Assembly (NCBI GenBank): GCA_002433895.1
Contig: DJJA01000005.1
Location: 3,883 to 67,882, forward strand
Length of the DNA stretch: 64,000 nucleotides
Direction: 5' to 3'
From: Candidatus Gottesmanbacteria bacterium UBA6580
GTDB taxonomy: Bacteria > Patescibacteriota > Microgenomatia > UBA10105 > UBA927
The notes below the pieces were generated by a model. It was not told where the DNA came from. It ran no database searches and saw nothing but the letters and a program-made list of their open reading frames with translations. A program made the translations under genes and the position numbers. This document shows positions 23,534-33,009 of the stretch, piece after piece. Each line of letters opens with the position of its first letter. Within the stretch, counting starts at the first letter, position 1.

Positions 23534-23669
23534 CTGGGTAGTAGATTCGCGTTGCATCGTTTTCACGATGCGAACACGAGCCTTCCTCCTTTCGAAATGA
23601 ATGTAATAATGCTCATGTACCGTTATATGCCTTTGTAGGTTCGCATCTGTACGCGAAATCACTACCCAG
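23534..23669. other. Structured intergenic element with nested inverted repeats (ncRNA, cis-regulator or MITE)
   Basis: CTGGGTAGTAGATTCGCGT / ACGCGAAATCACTACCCAG arms; inner GATGCGAAC/GTTCGCATC pair. Confidence 0.5.
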
Positions 23670-23673
23670 CATA

Positions 23674-24588
23674 TTATTTCCCTCCCGTGTAAATAGCGAA
23701 TGCTTCGTCTACCGAAACTTTGTCATAGGTAAGTGCCGAGACCGCGTTGGCAAACCGTACCGCTTCGTCAAGCGGTTTCTGGTGGATATTGCGCCCCGTC
23801 GCGTTACCGGAGGTGCCAGAGATATGAATTTGGTCATGGAGTGTCTGGAGGAATTCTTTAACCTCCACACTACTGCCACCAGCGCAGATGAGCTTTGTGC
23901 GTCCGGCAGCTACCACCGCTTCTTTGAGCGCTTCCGCCCGGTTCCCTTCTTTTGGTTTCGGGTAATTTACCTTGGTGAAGTCTGATCCTAGGCACGCGGC
24001 AACACCCGCCGCCCCGGCTACCAAATGCGGGTCCTTTTCATCGGCGACCGCTTTGCCCCGCGGATACATCCAGAGTACGGTGAAAAGACCATGTTGATGT
24101 GCCTGAAATACCGCCTGTGCGGCTTCGTGGAGCATTTCTCCCTCAAACTCGCTTCCGGCGTAGACGGTGTAGCCGACACCTAATATCTTGAGCCCGCTCA
24201 TTTCCTTAAACCGCACGACGTCTGCCACGCTATACCAGCTTTGGCTCCGTGGATCCATTTGAGCGGCCTTGACGAGATTTGTTTTGGAGTTGAGTTTGAC
24301 TAAGTATGGGACATTAGCATAGCCGTGCCCATAACGGGCAATAAGCCCGAGTTGCGCGGCAAAAACGCCAATACGGGCTTTGGAGGCGATTTTGAAGATA
24401 TGCTCGGCGTCCGCGTCATCGGGGGCGATACCTTCGCCAAAAAAATCGTTATTTAAATGCTCTACTTTTTGATCTCCGGCAAATAACATGAGGCGGCCGG
24501 TATCATGGGTAGCAAGGCGTATATTACTTTCGTATTCGCTCTTTTTATCTTGAGGGACATCCAGTGGGGTAATGATGGTGTTCGTCAT
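23674..24588 (-). CDS. Class I (DhnA/FbaB-type) fructose-bisphosphate aldolase
   Basis: AGDQKVEH, LWMYPRG, FTKVNYP, GRNIHQ; adjacent to fbp. Confidence 0.88.
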   Translation of the reverse strand: MTNTIITPLDVPQDKKSEYESNIRLATHDTGRLMLFAGDQKVEHLNNDFFGEGIAPDDADAEHIFKIASKARIGVFAAQLGLIARYGHGYANVPYLVKLNSKTNLVKAAQMDPRSQSWYSVADVVRFKEMSGLKILGVGYTVYAGSEFEGEMLHEAAQAVFQAHQHGLFTVLWMYPRGKAVADEKDPHLVAGAAGVAACLGSDFTKVNYPKPKEGNRAEALKEAVVAAGRTKLICAGGSSVEVKEFLQTLHDQIHISGTSGNATGRNIHQKPLDEAVRFANAVSALTYDKVSVDEAFAIYTGGK

Positions 24589-24698
24589 ACGTATACCTCC
24601 TTATACACCGGTGTGTAATATAAAACACCGGTAAATATCATCATATACTACAAGGACCGAGGAAAACAAATCAAACCGGCATTGCACCAGAAAAATAA

Positions 24699-25331
24699 CT
24701 ATGCTGCGTATTCGGGACAGAGATCGCCCAGTGTACAACCCTCGCACGTATGCGGCCGGGCAGTACAAACATAGCGTCCATGAAGCGTGAGCAGGTGCCC
24801 AAAGTCAATCCATTTATCCCGGGGAATGAGTTGCATCAGCTCCTGTTCGATTTTAACCGGATCTTTTTGTGTGGTGAGGCCGAATTTATTCGAAAGCCTG
24901 ATGCCATGGGTGTCGATTACTATTCCCTCGGCCTTGCCGAAAATACTTCCCAAAATAACGTTGGCCGTTTTTCTGGCGACCCCGGGCAGTGCGTCGAGCT
25001 TCTCCATCGTGTCGGGGATGTTGCCACCATAGTCGGTCATGATCATCTTAGCTGCAGCGACGATGTTTTTCGCTTTGTTGGAGTGGAAATTGATTTTGAC
25101 TACCATCCGGTCGATTTCCTCCGGAGTGGCGTTTGCGTAATCCTGAATGGCCGGGTATTTTGTAAATAATGCGGGGGTCACAGTGTTGACGAGTTTGTCA
25201 GTGCATTGGGCGGAAAGAATAGTCGCCACCAATAGTTCAAATGGTGTGGAGTAGTGAAGTTCAACCTTGGGATGCGGGGTGGCTATATACAGCCTGCGCA
25301 TAATCTCCAGTGCTTTTTCTTGTTTGGTCAT
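24699..25331 (-). CDS. nth: Endonuclease III
   Basis: LSAQCTD, LPGVARKTA, DTH, C-terminal 4Fe-4S Cys cluster. Confidence 0.95.
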   Translation of the reverse strand: MTKQEKALEIMRRLYIATPHPKVELHYSTPFELLVATILSAQCTDKLVNTVTPALFTKYPAIQDYANATPEEIDRMVVKINFHSNKAKNIVAAAKMIMTDYGGNIPDTMEKLDALPGVARKTANVILGSIFGKAEGIVIDTHGIRLSNKFGLTTQKDPVKIEQELMQLIPRDKWIDFGHLLTLHGRYVCTARPHTCEGCTLGDLCPEYAA

Positions 25332-25332
25332 A

Positions 25333-25560
25333 TTACTGTGGGCGTGCGTCGCAAGCCATGAGCGTACATGCTACCTGGCCGTTTTGGCAACTGCAGGTGT
25401 TGCAGTCGTCCCGGAATGATTCTCCGTGCTTATACGTTTGATTGTTGAAAGAACAGGAAAGCGGCAGTATGTTTGGAATTTGATAATTTGATTTGCCGAA
25501 CATAAATCCAATAATAATGCCAAGAAGCAAGAAGAACAGTGCGAGAACAAGAGTCTTCAT
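25333..25560 (-). CDS. Membrane-anchored pacifastin/VWC-like Cys-rich protein
   Basis: N-terminal TM then CSF...CNTCSCQNGQVACTLMAC. Confidence 0.7.
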   Translation of the reverse strand: MKTLVLALFFLLLGIIIGFMFGKSNYQIPNILPLSCSFNNQTYKHGESFRDDCNTCSCQNGQVACTLMACDARPQ

Positions 25561-25589
25561 ATGACGTGTACAGCCAAACATTAAATGTG

Positions 25590-25613
25590 TGTGAGCCATA
25601 CGGGTCTGGAACC
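25590..25613. repeat. Left attachment site, degenerate copy of tRNA-Lys 3' end
   Basis: TGTGAGCCatacGGGtcTgGAACC vs TGTGAGCCcgctGGGatTcGAACC. Confidence 0.65.
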
Positions 25614-25778
25614 GTTTAGTCCCATAACCACTGTATTTTGAGTGTATCACTTCAAGGCTAAATGAGACAAATGAGACACTATAAAAAAGGAGTGTCTCAA
25701 AGATAATGATGTAGTTTGATATAGTATTCTTCCAAGTTGGTACTCACGTCCTGTAAGGAATATACTTAAAGCTGATAT

Positions 25779-26423
25779 ATGGCAAAAAAGACACAGAATC
25801 TAAACTCAAGAAAACTGATCTATTTGTTCCTATTTATAGTAATCCTCGGGTTAGGTTCGCTTCTGTGGTACAGAAACTGGCAAAGTAAGTTTGAAGCTCC
25901 CAGACACAATACTCAAATGGTCGAGTTCACTATCAGTAAAGACAAGACTTTGGACACTGTCATTGGCGACCTTCAGTACTACGACTTCATTAAAGACAAA
26001 GAAGCATTCAGATATGCTTTGGAACACGCAAAAGATACGAACCCGGGCAAAGATAGTTCACTAAAGATTGGAAATAATACCATTGATCGAGAAGCGAGAT
26101 ACTCTATCTCCCAAAGTATGACTGCTTGGGAAATAGCTGATGTTTTAGTTAACAAAGGTGAATATAGTCCATGTAATCATGGATGTCCTGATAGCGCATT
26201 TAACCCAGAATTAGTACCCGGTGGAGATTTAGCTCCTACTTTGAAAGAAAAATACTCTTGGGTCAAAACTTACGAAGATTGTACAAAAGCCATTGGTCAC
26301 GACGGTGGTCAACTCTCGTCAGAACAGTATTACCAAAGGACTGGAATAAGACGATGTGTGGCTCCTGACGGACGAGAATTTACAGAGGGTAAAGAGGGCT
26401 GGTCAGATGTTCCTACTCCTTAA
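25779..26423 (+). CDS. Membrane-anchored protein, MltG/YceG-like N-terminal part plus small Cys domain
   Basis: TM, then YSISQSMTAWEIADVL resembling the MltG N-domain; C-terminal TYEDC...RCVAPDGREF. Confidence 0.55.
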   Translation: MAKKTQNLNSRKLIYLFLFIVILGLGSLLWYRNWQSKFEAPRHNTQMVEFTISKDKTLDTVIGDLQYYDFIKDKEAFRYALEHAKDTNPGKDSSLKIGNNTIDREARYSISQSMTAWEIADVLVNKGEYSPCNHGCPDSAFNPELVPGGDLAPTLKEKYSWVKTYEDCTKAIGHDGGQLSSEQYYQRTGIRRCVAPDGREFTEGKEGWSDVPTP

Positions 26424-27337
26424 AATTTAATTTTTTGAATCTGAGTGCCAATTTGCTTCCAGGCTTCACCAAATTTAAAGAAATTGTCTGGTAAAGAGTT
26501 TTTCGCATATGGATTGTGGACTATAACGAAGTTACTTCCTAATTTATCAGGTTCTCTTGAACTGTTTAAGATATCCCATGGACAGTAGATCACAGCACTT
26601 ATACCTTCGTAACTGGAATCTCTAAACATAAGCATTTCAACTTCACTGCCACTAACCTTATTGAGTTTATCTCTTAAAGTCCAAGTACTTCCTTCTGACA
26701 TTGAATGAGGTGTAGTTCTTTTTAGAAAAAGAACTTGATGACCGATGGCAAAAAGGCACTTAAGTATCAATGGTATCTGCGCATCCATATGTTCCAATGG
26801 CGATCTATCAATCGCTATAATATACGGGTCACTAGAATTAATATGGCCACTTTTTAAATACGATAAGTACTTTTGATGTTTTTCTTTTAATCCTGCCGTA
26901 AGGCGAAATAGCATTTCTTTCTCAGGGACGTCCATTGCTTTACCGTATTCAATTTCTGGAACCCTATCTTTTCCAGCACCTTTTTCTACCGCAATTGCTT
27001 CAATCCAGACAGTACAATTATTATGAAGGATTTTGAAATCAGGACCAGTATCTTTATGTGTCTGTAAGTTATGACCCCTATTTAGTAACGTCGCTCCAAT
27101 GTGTAGCTCCCATGATCGTTGGTTAAACTGCTTTTTAAATTCGTTTGGAAAATTTGAATCGGCGTACGGTTCATATTGTTTCCAAATAGACTCTAACCAA
27201 TTTCTGAATTCTGGACGAGTTGCCATCGTAGCAATGGCAACATACGTAGGGTGGTAGAAATTAAACTTTTTCTTTAGAGCTGCAAGTTGTTTGCTGTTGG
27301 AGGCAACTCCTAGATTTTCATTAAATAGTTTGGTCAT
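26420..27337 (-). CDS. Hypothetical protein, PD-(D/E)XK-like fold
   Basis: WELHIG...GPDFKI...WIEAIA pattern. Confidence 0.55.
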   Translation of the reverse strand: MTKLFNENLGVASNSKQLAALKKKFNFYHPTYVAIATMATRPEFRNWLESIWKQYEPYADSNFPNEFKKQFNQRSWELHIGATLLNRGHNLQTHKDTGPDFKILHNNCTVWIEAIAVEKGAGKDRVPEIEYGKAMDVPEKEMLFRLTAGLKEKHQKYLSYLKSGHINSSDPYIIAIDRSPLEHMDAQIPLILKCLFAIGHQVLFLKRTTPHSMSEGSTWTLRDKLNKVSGSEVEMLMFRDSSYEGISAVIYCPWDILNSSREPDKLGSNFVIVHNPYAKNSLPDNFFKFGEAWKQIGTQIQKIKF

Positions 27338-30300
27338 GATTGTTTTCTATCCATTTTTGCTTAACCTCGTAATATTTAGGGTTACGTCTAATCAAAGAGT
27401 CAAATAGATTGTTAATCTCGTCCTTGTGACCTCGTAAAGATACCAATCTTTCAACGGCTCGATCCAAATCATTAGCTATAAGTACAGGTGCTGGATAATC
27501 GGAAAGCTTACTAAAGTAGAACAAAAACTCATCAACACCTTTATGATCTAATACGGTTTCTAATATCATGCCGTTATAGAAAAATGGCCACCAGTATAAA
27601 TCATGGAGTTTATCTTCTGACCAATTTTCTTGGTAATATTTTGATTCTAAGTCAATACATTTAGTCCATAGTTCGTAACAAATTTCAAAGTGATCAGTAT
27701 GATATTCTTCTATAAAATGATAGATGTCATTAAACACATCATGGTCATATTTAGTCAGAAGCATCGTCATATACTTTGACGATAATTTGATGGCGTCTTC
27801 TAAAGTAATAGCTCCTTTTGTTTCGGAACTCTTCTTTATCTCATCAGGTAACCTTTCTAATTGCCAGGCTAATTGTGCTCGAACTTTAGGATTTCCATTT
27901 TTGAGTTGACTCTCTAGTAGGGATTGTATTTTGGTTTGATCAAATTCCTCAAGCGGTTTCCATTGCCATTTGGGGAAGGCGTTTTGTCTGAATAGAGAAT
28001 AATAGATAAAAAGAGGCAGTATCTCCGAAATTACATCTTCATTATCACTTTTTAAGAACATTTGAATAACCTGCAAAGCCTTATCTGTTCCCAGAGTGCG
28101 GATATATGTAAACACCATTGCTAAATGTTTCGCCACCTGATTTAAGCGGATATTCTCATCAGTAAGCATGTCAAAAGCAAGGCGCTCCATTTCTTCTGCC
28201 AATTCTTCTGACACAAAACGTTCATTTGTCTTCCCAGGCAGGTGTGTGTGTCTGTTTTTAACAAGTTCAATCAGAGGTATACAGCCCTCGGCCCGCACAT
28301 AAAAATTTGAATCGAAACAAAGTATCTTTACCAACCTTAAACACTCAGGAATAATTTCTCTTGCGACTAATTGATCGGCTTCACTAAACGGAACTACTAG
28401 TTTTTGTAATGTCCATGCACAATATCCTCTTACTGTTGCCAATTCGGAAACATCATCACCTGAAGAGACTCTCTTGTGTAAATTAGATTCTCCCTTTGGA
28501 TCATCGGATGTGTTTGAACCATCCTTTGGGGGGTCGCTGTCTAAGATAAATATTTTTGTCATCCATAAGGCATCCTTTTTGTGACCGGCTTTGGCTAGTT
28601 TTTCAGCAAATTGAATTAGTGATTCTCTCGCATATCGATAACTAAATCTTTCTTCTATTGGACTGAAATCCTCTTCAGTTAACAAGTCCACTTGTTTCAC
28701 TTTCTTACCAATCAGATTCGAAAGAAGAGGCTTAACAAAGTTTTCAAAAACAAGCTTGAGAAGCTCTGGATTGTTATCATTTGTTTTGTATAGGCTACTA
28801 CATATAAGAATTTGCTGATTCGTGGTCAAATTAGCTTCTTGATTTACAGCATTTAGCAACGCTAAACCCCTATCAAAATTCTCCTCTAGCACACGGGAAA
28901 GTACTCCAGCAACATCATAGGCATCAAAAGTATCTCGCTTGGCTTTAAAATGATCGCTTTGAATATATGACTCAATTAAATCAATACCTTCAGACTTTGA
29001 CTTAGGATTGTTAATTAATTTCAGTGCACTATCAACAGTGTCCAACTCTCCGTAACTATGGCGTTTCTGATACTCAGGGTTGGATGCCCAGCTCTTTAAA
29101 ATCTCAACTGCGTTTTGACGAATTTCTTGATTGTCACTCTTCGCTGCTAAGTCTGAAACTATTTGTTCAACGAAAACATTGACAGGTAGATCACTAAAAG
29201 CTTTCAAACTGACACTTACAAGCTCCCACTTTTGTTCATCACTATAGCTATCGCTGTTTAGCGACTGAAATATTAAATCGTTTTTCCAGGGTATTCCTTT
29301 TCGCATTTTAATAAAGTCGCTTAATATTTCTCTTGCTTCATTAGAATGACTGCCTCCTTTATATTCCTCCAACAAGATTGGAAGTGAAGCTCGGTTAAGA
29401 AAATCAGGTTTTTGTCTTGTAACATCTTCCGTTTGTCGAGCGATGCAGTTTGAAATTACAAACGACCAGCCAACTTCTTTGTCTTTATATAGTTCTTGAA
29501 GTGCGGGAGTTAATATTTTTACGACAAAATGCTTATCTATAATCGAGAATTCATTCCCAGACTGGCCTATTCCTCCTCCCATGTGTTCCCAACCATCAAA
29601 GCTAATCTTCTTATTGAACCTACGGTAATACTTTTGATATTGATTAGAACATTTATCTTTTAACTCAAGTATCCTCTCAGCTGGATTTGCAATTACAAAA
29701 TCAGCTAAAATCTCGAACAGGCTTGGTGGGGTATAATGCCAAAATTTACCGTCGTCTTCTACGATATTAAAATTGCCTAAAATATAATTAACAATTTCTA
29801 CCTTAAGTTGTTGGACTGAACTTTGTTGGTAAATCTCTTTTAAGAACTTTGAGATTTCCTCGCGCTCCCACGAGCTTTCATCCTTTCTTTCAGAGTACAA
29901 GAATTTTTCAATGCGATATGCATATAGACTCTTCAGGATTCTAAATATTCTTTCAGCATATCTATGGTTTTTTTGGAATATATGTTGGCATAGATCGACA
30001 ATATCTTTTTTAATAAATTCTTCCCTATAATAATTAGCTTCATAGTTTTCAATCGCATTTTCGATGAGAGATAACGAATACTCTTGATTTTCTTGTTGAT
30101 CAATATTTTTTTCTAAAACTTTGAACAACTCTAAAGAAAAAGCACCTCTCAATGTGGCTTTCCATAGTGCATCCCAATCAGCTAACTTCAAATTCTCAAC
30201 GCTTTGTAACTTTTGCAGAACAAAATAATGAACAGATGGATTTACTGGCAAGCGGGCTATCTCATTATTAGCCCTATCTCTTCGGGAGTTGTTTTTTAAG

Positions 30301-30998
30301 TTTTTTATTATTTCCTCAACTCTACTTGTTGTAGTTTCTTTCTCTTCTTCGTACTTGTAGCCTGAATCGTCAAAAAATTGGACTTTCTTGTTATTAATTT
30401 TCTCCAAAATTTCCGATCGGGTCACAATCTTACCCTTCTGAGATCCATGATAAATATCATCAACTAATAATTTCTTTGTCCATTCGTTAAGTTGATGCGA
30501 TGGTAGCCAAAAATTTCCACCAATATTTAACACTTGAGCCATCAAAACAAGTATTCCCTTGTCATTTATCTCTTGAGGAACCTCCCAAATCTTTAATCGC
30601 GGGAGGAGTGATATATGCTCATCAGTAAATTTATGTACACTGTTTTTTAATTCTTTTTGTAACCTACCACCAAAATACTTAAAATTCTCAACTGCTCCCT
30701 TAACATCAGGATTAATCTGCTCAGTAATTATTAGTATTTCGTCATTTTTGGAAATTTGTTTATGTTTAGAAATAGTTTCTAAAATCTCACGAATATTATG
30801 CCACTCCAATGGAACGCTCCTATATTTGGATTCACAAATTATCCTTTTCTCATCAAAAACAAGAACAAAATCTTCAAGCTTAGACTGTTCAAGCTCAATC
30901 TGTTTAAAATCGGGTCGGGTGAGATATTGTAAAAACAACGATAGCCCAGCTGCCGCTTGTGCGTTTATTCCTTTAAATGTTGATTTTCCTGATGACAT
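27321..30998 (-). CDS. Large protein with N-terminal Cap4/DUF4297-like endonuclease domain and long helical C-terminus
   Basis: KGINAQ...LEDFVL...ICESKY; ~1000 aa helical remainder with no Walker A. Confidence 0.6.
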   Translation of the reverse strand: MSSGKSTFKGINAQAAAGLSLFLQYLTRPDFKQIELEQSKLEDFVLVFDEKRIICESKYRSVPLEWHNIREILETISKHKQISKNDEILIITEQINPDVKGAVENFKYFGGRLQKELKNSVHKFTDEHISLLPRLKIWEVPQEINDKGILVLMAQVLNIGGNFWLPSHQLNEWTKKLLVDDIYHGSQKGKIVTRSEILEKINNKKVQFFDDSGYKYEEEKETTTSRVEEIIKNLKNNSRRDRANNEIARLPVNPSVHYFVLQKLQSVENLKLADWDALWKATLRGAFSLELFKVLEKNIDQQENQEYSLSLIENAIENYEANYYREEFIKKDIVDLCQHIFQKNHRYAERIFRILKSLYAYRIEKFLYSERKDESSWEREEISKFLKEIYQQSSVQQLKVEIVNYILGNFNIVEDDGKFWHYTPPSLFEILADFVIANPAERILELKDKCSNQYQKYYRRFNKKISFDGWEHMGGGIGQSGNEFSIIDKHFVVKILTPALQELYKDKEVGWSFVISNCIARQTEDVTRQKPDFLNRASLPILLEEYKGGSHSNEAREILSDFIKMRKGIPWKNDLIFQSLNSDSYSDEQKWELVSVSLKAFSDLPVNVFVEQIVSDLAAKSDNQEIRQNAVEILKSWASNPEYQKRHSYGELDTVDSALKLINNPKSKSEGIDLIESYIQSDHFKAKRDTFDAYDVAGVLSRVLEENFDRGLALLNAVNQEANLTTNQQILICSSLYKTNDNNPELLKLVFENFVKPLLSNLIGKKVKQVDLLTEEDFSPIEERFSYRYARESLIQFAEKLAKAGHKKDALWMTKIFILDSDPPKDGSNTSDDPKGESNLHKRVSSGDDVSELATVRGYCAWTLQKLVVPFSEADQLVAREIIPECLRLVKILCFDSNFYVRAEGCIPLIELVKNRHTHLPGKTNERFVSEELAEEMERLAFDMLTDENIRLNQVAKHLAMVFTYIRTLGTDKALQVIQMFLKSDNEDVISEILPLFIYYSLFRQNAFPKWQWKPLEEFDQTKIQSLLESQLKNGNPKVRAQLAWQLERLPDEIKKSSETKGAITLEDAIKLSSKYMTMLLTKYDHDVFNDIYHFIEEYHTDHFEICYELWTKCIDLESKYYQENWSEDKLHDLYWWPFFYNGMILETVLDHKGVDEFLFYFSKLSDYPAPVLIANDLDRAVERLVSLRGHKDEINNLFDSLIRRNPKYYEVKQKWIENNHDQTI

Positions 30999-31000
30999 AT

Positions 31001-31867
31001 TTATTCTGTTAAACTTCTATTTGCTATTGGTAAAGTTGGCTGACGAGTCCACCATTGATTGAACTTAGATTGAACAACCGTTTTGATTTCACCTTTTTTC
31101 TGCTCTACTGCCGTAGGCCTCGGGTAATGCTCACTAAATAACTTTCGCATAGTAATATATTCGATAAGCGAGTCCTGGATTATAGGAACAACATCCTCCC
31201 CACTGCCTGACATCCTAACTAGGTGATATAAAAGATTGTGAAATAGAATTTCCTTGGGATATTCATAGTTGGTGGAGTCTGCTCCAAGTTCACTGATTAA
31301 ACTTTCAATTTCCTCTAAAATTAACCCCTCCAGCTGAGGATCATCTGGAGACTGAAGCGTATTACAATCTGCCGGAAGATCTTCGATCTTAATTTGGGAG
31401 CAAAAAACATGAACACTTCTCTGGTCGGGGAATACTTCTTCTTCATGATTTAGTTTATCCATTAACCATTGAGCTGAATTATGTGCTCTATCTGAATTTA
31501 GTATTTTGTACCTTCGTAGAATCGTCAAATGGCTCCAGTATTCCGAAATTGTAGGCAGGTATCCATGATTCATATATAAGTGTAGCTTAACTGTGGGAAA
31601 CGAAATACCATAAGTATGCAAATCAAGCATTGAACTGGCGATTTCCACCTCATCATCCTTAAACGTTTCACCAGTTTTAATCTCATAGACTTTTTCTTCA
31701 CCGCCAACCCTTGTTAGCAATCGGATATCCAATGATTTTTGGTCAGCTAGAGGATAATCGACGAAAAATGAAGTAAGATTTCTGGACCTAAAGTGTTTCA
31801 AAAACAAATATAATGCAACCTTATCTTGGTAATGGAATCCTTTTCTGGTAGCAAATATTGTTGACAT
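31001..31867 (-). CDS. Cap4/DUF4297-like dsDNA endonuclease domain protein
   Basis: ATRKGFHYQD...LDIRL...VYEIKT; start moved to ATG 31867. Confidence 0.6.
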   Translation of the reverse strand: MSTIFATRKGFHYQDKVALYLFLKHFRSRNLTSFFVDYPLADQKSLDIRLLTRVGGEEKVYEIKTGETFKDDEVEIASSMLDLHTYGISFPTVKLHLYMNHGYLPTISEYWSHLTILRRYKILNSDRAHNSAQWLMDKLNHEEEVFPDQRSVHVFCSQIKIEDLPADCNTLQSPDDPQLEGLILEEIESLISELGADSTNYEYPKEILFHNLLYHLVRMSGSGEDVVPIIQDSLIEYITMRKLFSEHYPRPTAVEQKKGEIKTVVQSKFNQWWTRQPTLPIANRSLTE

Positions 31868-31868
31868 A

Positions 31869-32051
31869 TTATCGATTGAGTAGCTTAAGAACTTCTTCTT
31901 TATTGTATTTTCTATCCTTACGTGCCCCAAACCTCACGGCCTTGAGAATACCCTTCTTGTCCCACTGCCTCAGGGTATTGGGGTGAACTTTGAGGAGCTC
32001 ACAGGTCTCCTTCATTGTCAGTAGTTCTGGTAATTGCGTGTCTTTTTTCAT
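31869..32051 (-). CDS. Excisionase-like MerR/HTH_17 DNA-binding protein
   Basis: LLTMKETCELLKVHPNTLRQWDKKG.L.A.R. Confidence 0.85.
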   Translation of the reverse strand: MKKDTQLPELLTMKETCELLKVHPNTLRQWDKKGILKAVRFGARKDRKYNKEEVLKLLNR

Positions 32052-32108
32052 TGTCTAATAACCTACCATTTGATACTATTACCATACTAGAAATACCTTA
32101 AATTTACA

Positions 32109-32942
32109 ATGGAAGACAAATATATCCTTACTAGCAAAAACTTTGAAGACTGGCGAAACTATTTATTGGTTAATAGCTTCTTTTTTGATGTGTTGATGAG
32201 AATAATACGACGTGATCTTGGTCTTCCAGAGAATGGCATAAAAGATCTAGAGGAAATGATTCGCTGGGACGGAGAAAGGAAAGATCAAGTTAGACGAAAA
32301 ATTACCCCCACCTCAAAGCGTAAAAAGACCGGAGTTCAAACGGTCAAAGAAATATTTGCCATTGAGGATGAGGTGAGGCGAAAAGCATACCCACAAATCT
32401 GGGAAGCTATCGAAAAGTTTGCTGATTTTAACTTAGACTTTTCACTACTCCACACCTTTGTCTTGGGTAATACAAGAATATCGTTTGGTGGAAGCTCGAG
32501 GGTTTTAATGGTTACATCCCCAAATGATCCAATTCAAGAAACTGGTGTATATATCAAATATTCTCCCGAGCTAAGCGAAAAAGACATCATTGCATTAATC
32601 AAACAAGCACGTGAGTCGTACGAGTCGTTGTTTAAATACAGACACCCATCCGAAAGGACACATGATGAAAATGGTAAGCCGTATATCAAACGTCCGAAGC
32701 TAAAAGTTCGCCAAAGGAAAGTGTCCCAACCAACCAAAGAACAGCTAAAAATTTTCGAGTCAGTAGAAAATTGTCTAAAAGAAGATTATTCCTCCAGAAC
32801 CGATTCGATAAAAATGCAAGTTGTTTTTGAACTGGTTGCCACCAAATTAAAGAAAAATATGAACTCGGTTCAGCGAACATACCACGCCATTTTGAGAAAC
32901 TACAATTTACCTACAAGTGTCGATACCCGCAATATTTTCTAA
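32109..32942 (+). CDS. Hypothetical protein
   Basis: 277-aa ORF divergent from the excisionase, upstream of the methyltransferase. Confidence 0.7.
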   Translation: MEDKYILTSKNFEDWRNYLLVNSFFFDVLMRIIRRDLGLPENGIKDLEEMIRWDGERKDQVRRKITPTSKRKKTGVQTVKEIFAIEDEVRRKAYPQIWEAIEKFADFNLDFSLLHTFVLGNTRISFGGSSRVLMVTSPNDPIQETGVYIKYSPELSEKDIIALIKQARESYESLFKYRHPSERTHDENGKPYIKRPKLKVRQRKVSQPTKEQLKIFESVENCLKEDYSSRTDSIKMQVVFELVATKLKKNMNSVQRTYHAILRNYNLPTSVDTRNIF

Positions 32943-33009
32943 CTAATGCGGTGTTAGCCTGAAAAGTCATCTGATTTTTAATTCTTAGATTGTTTGGAAA
33001 AATATAGAT

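Noticed and set aside
26420-31867. Assignment to Lamassu, CBASS, Avs or an R-M system with the island MTase
   Set aside because: No SMC/ABC ATPase, cyclase or STAND motif; the MTase is ParB-fused and coupled to the terminase on the other strand.
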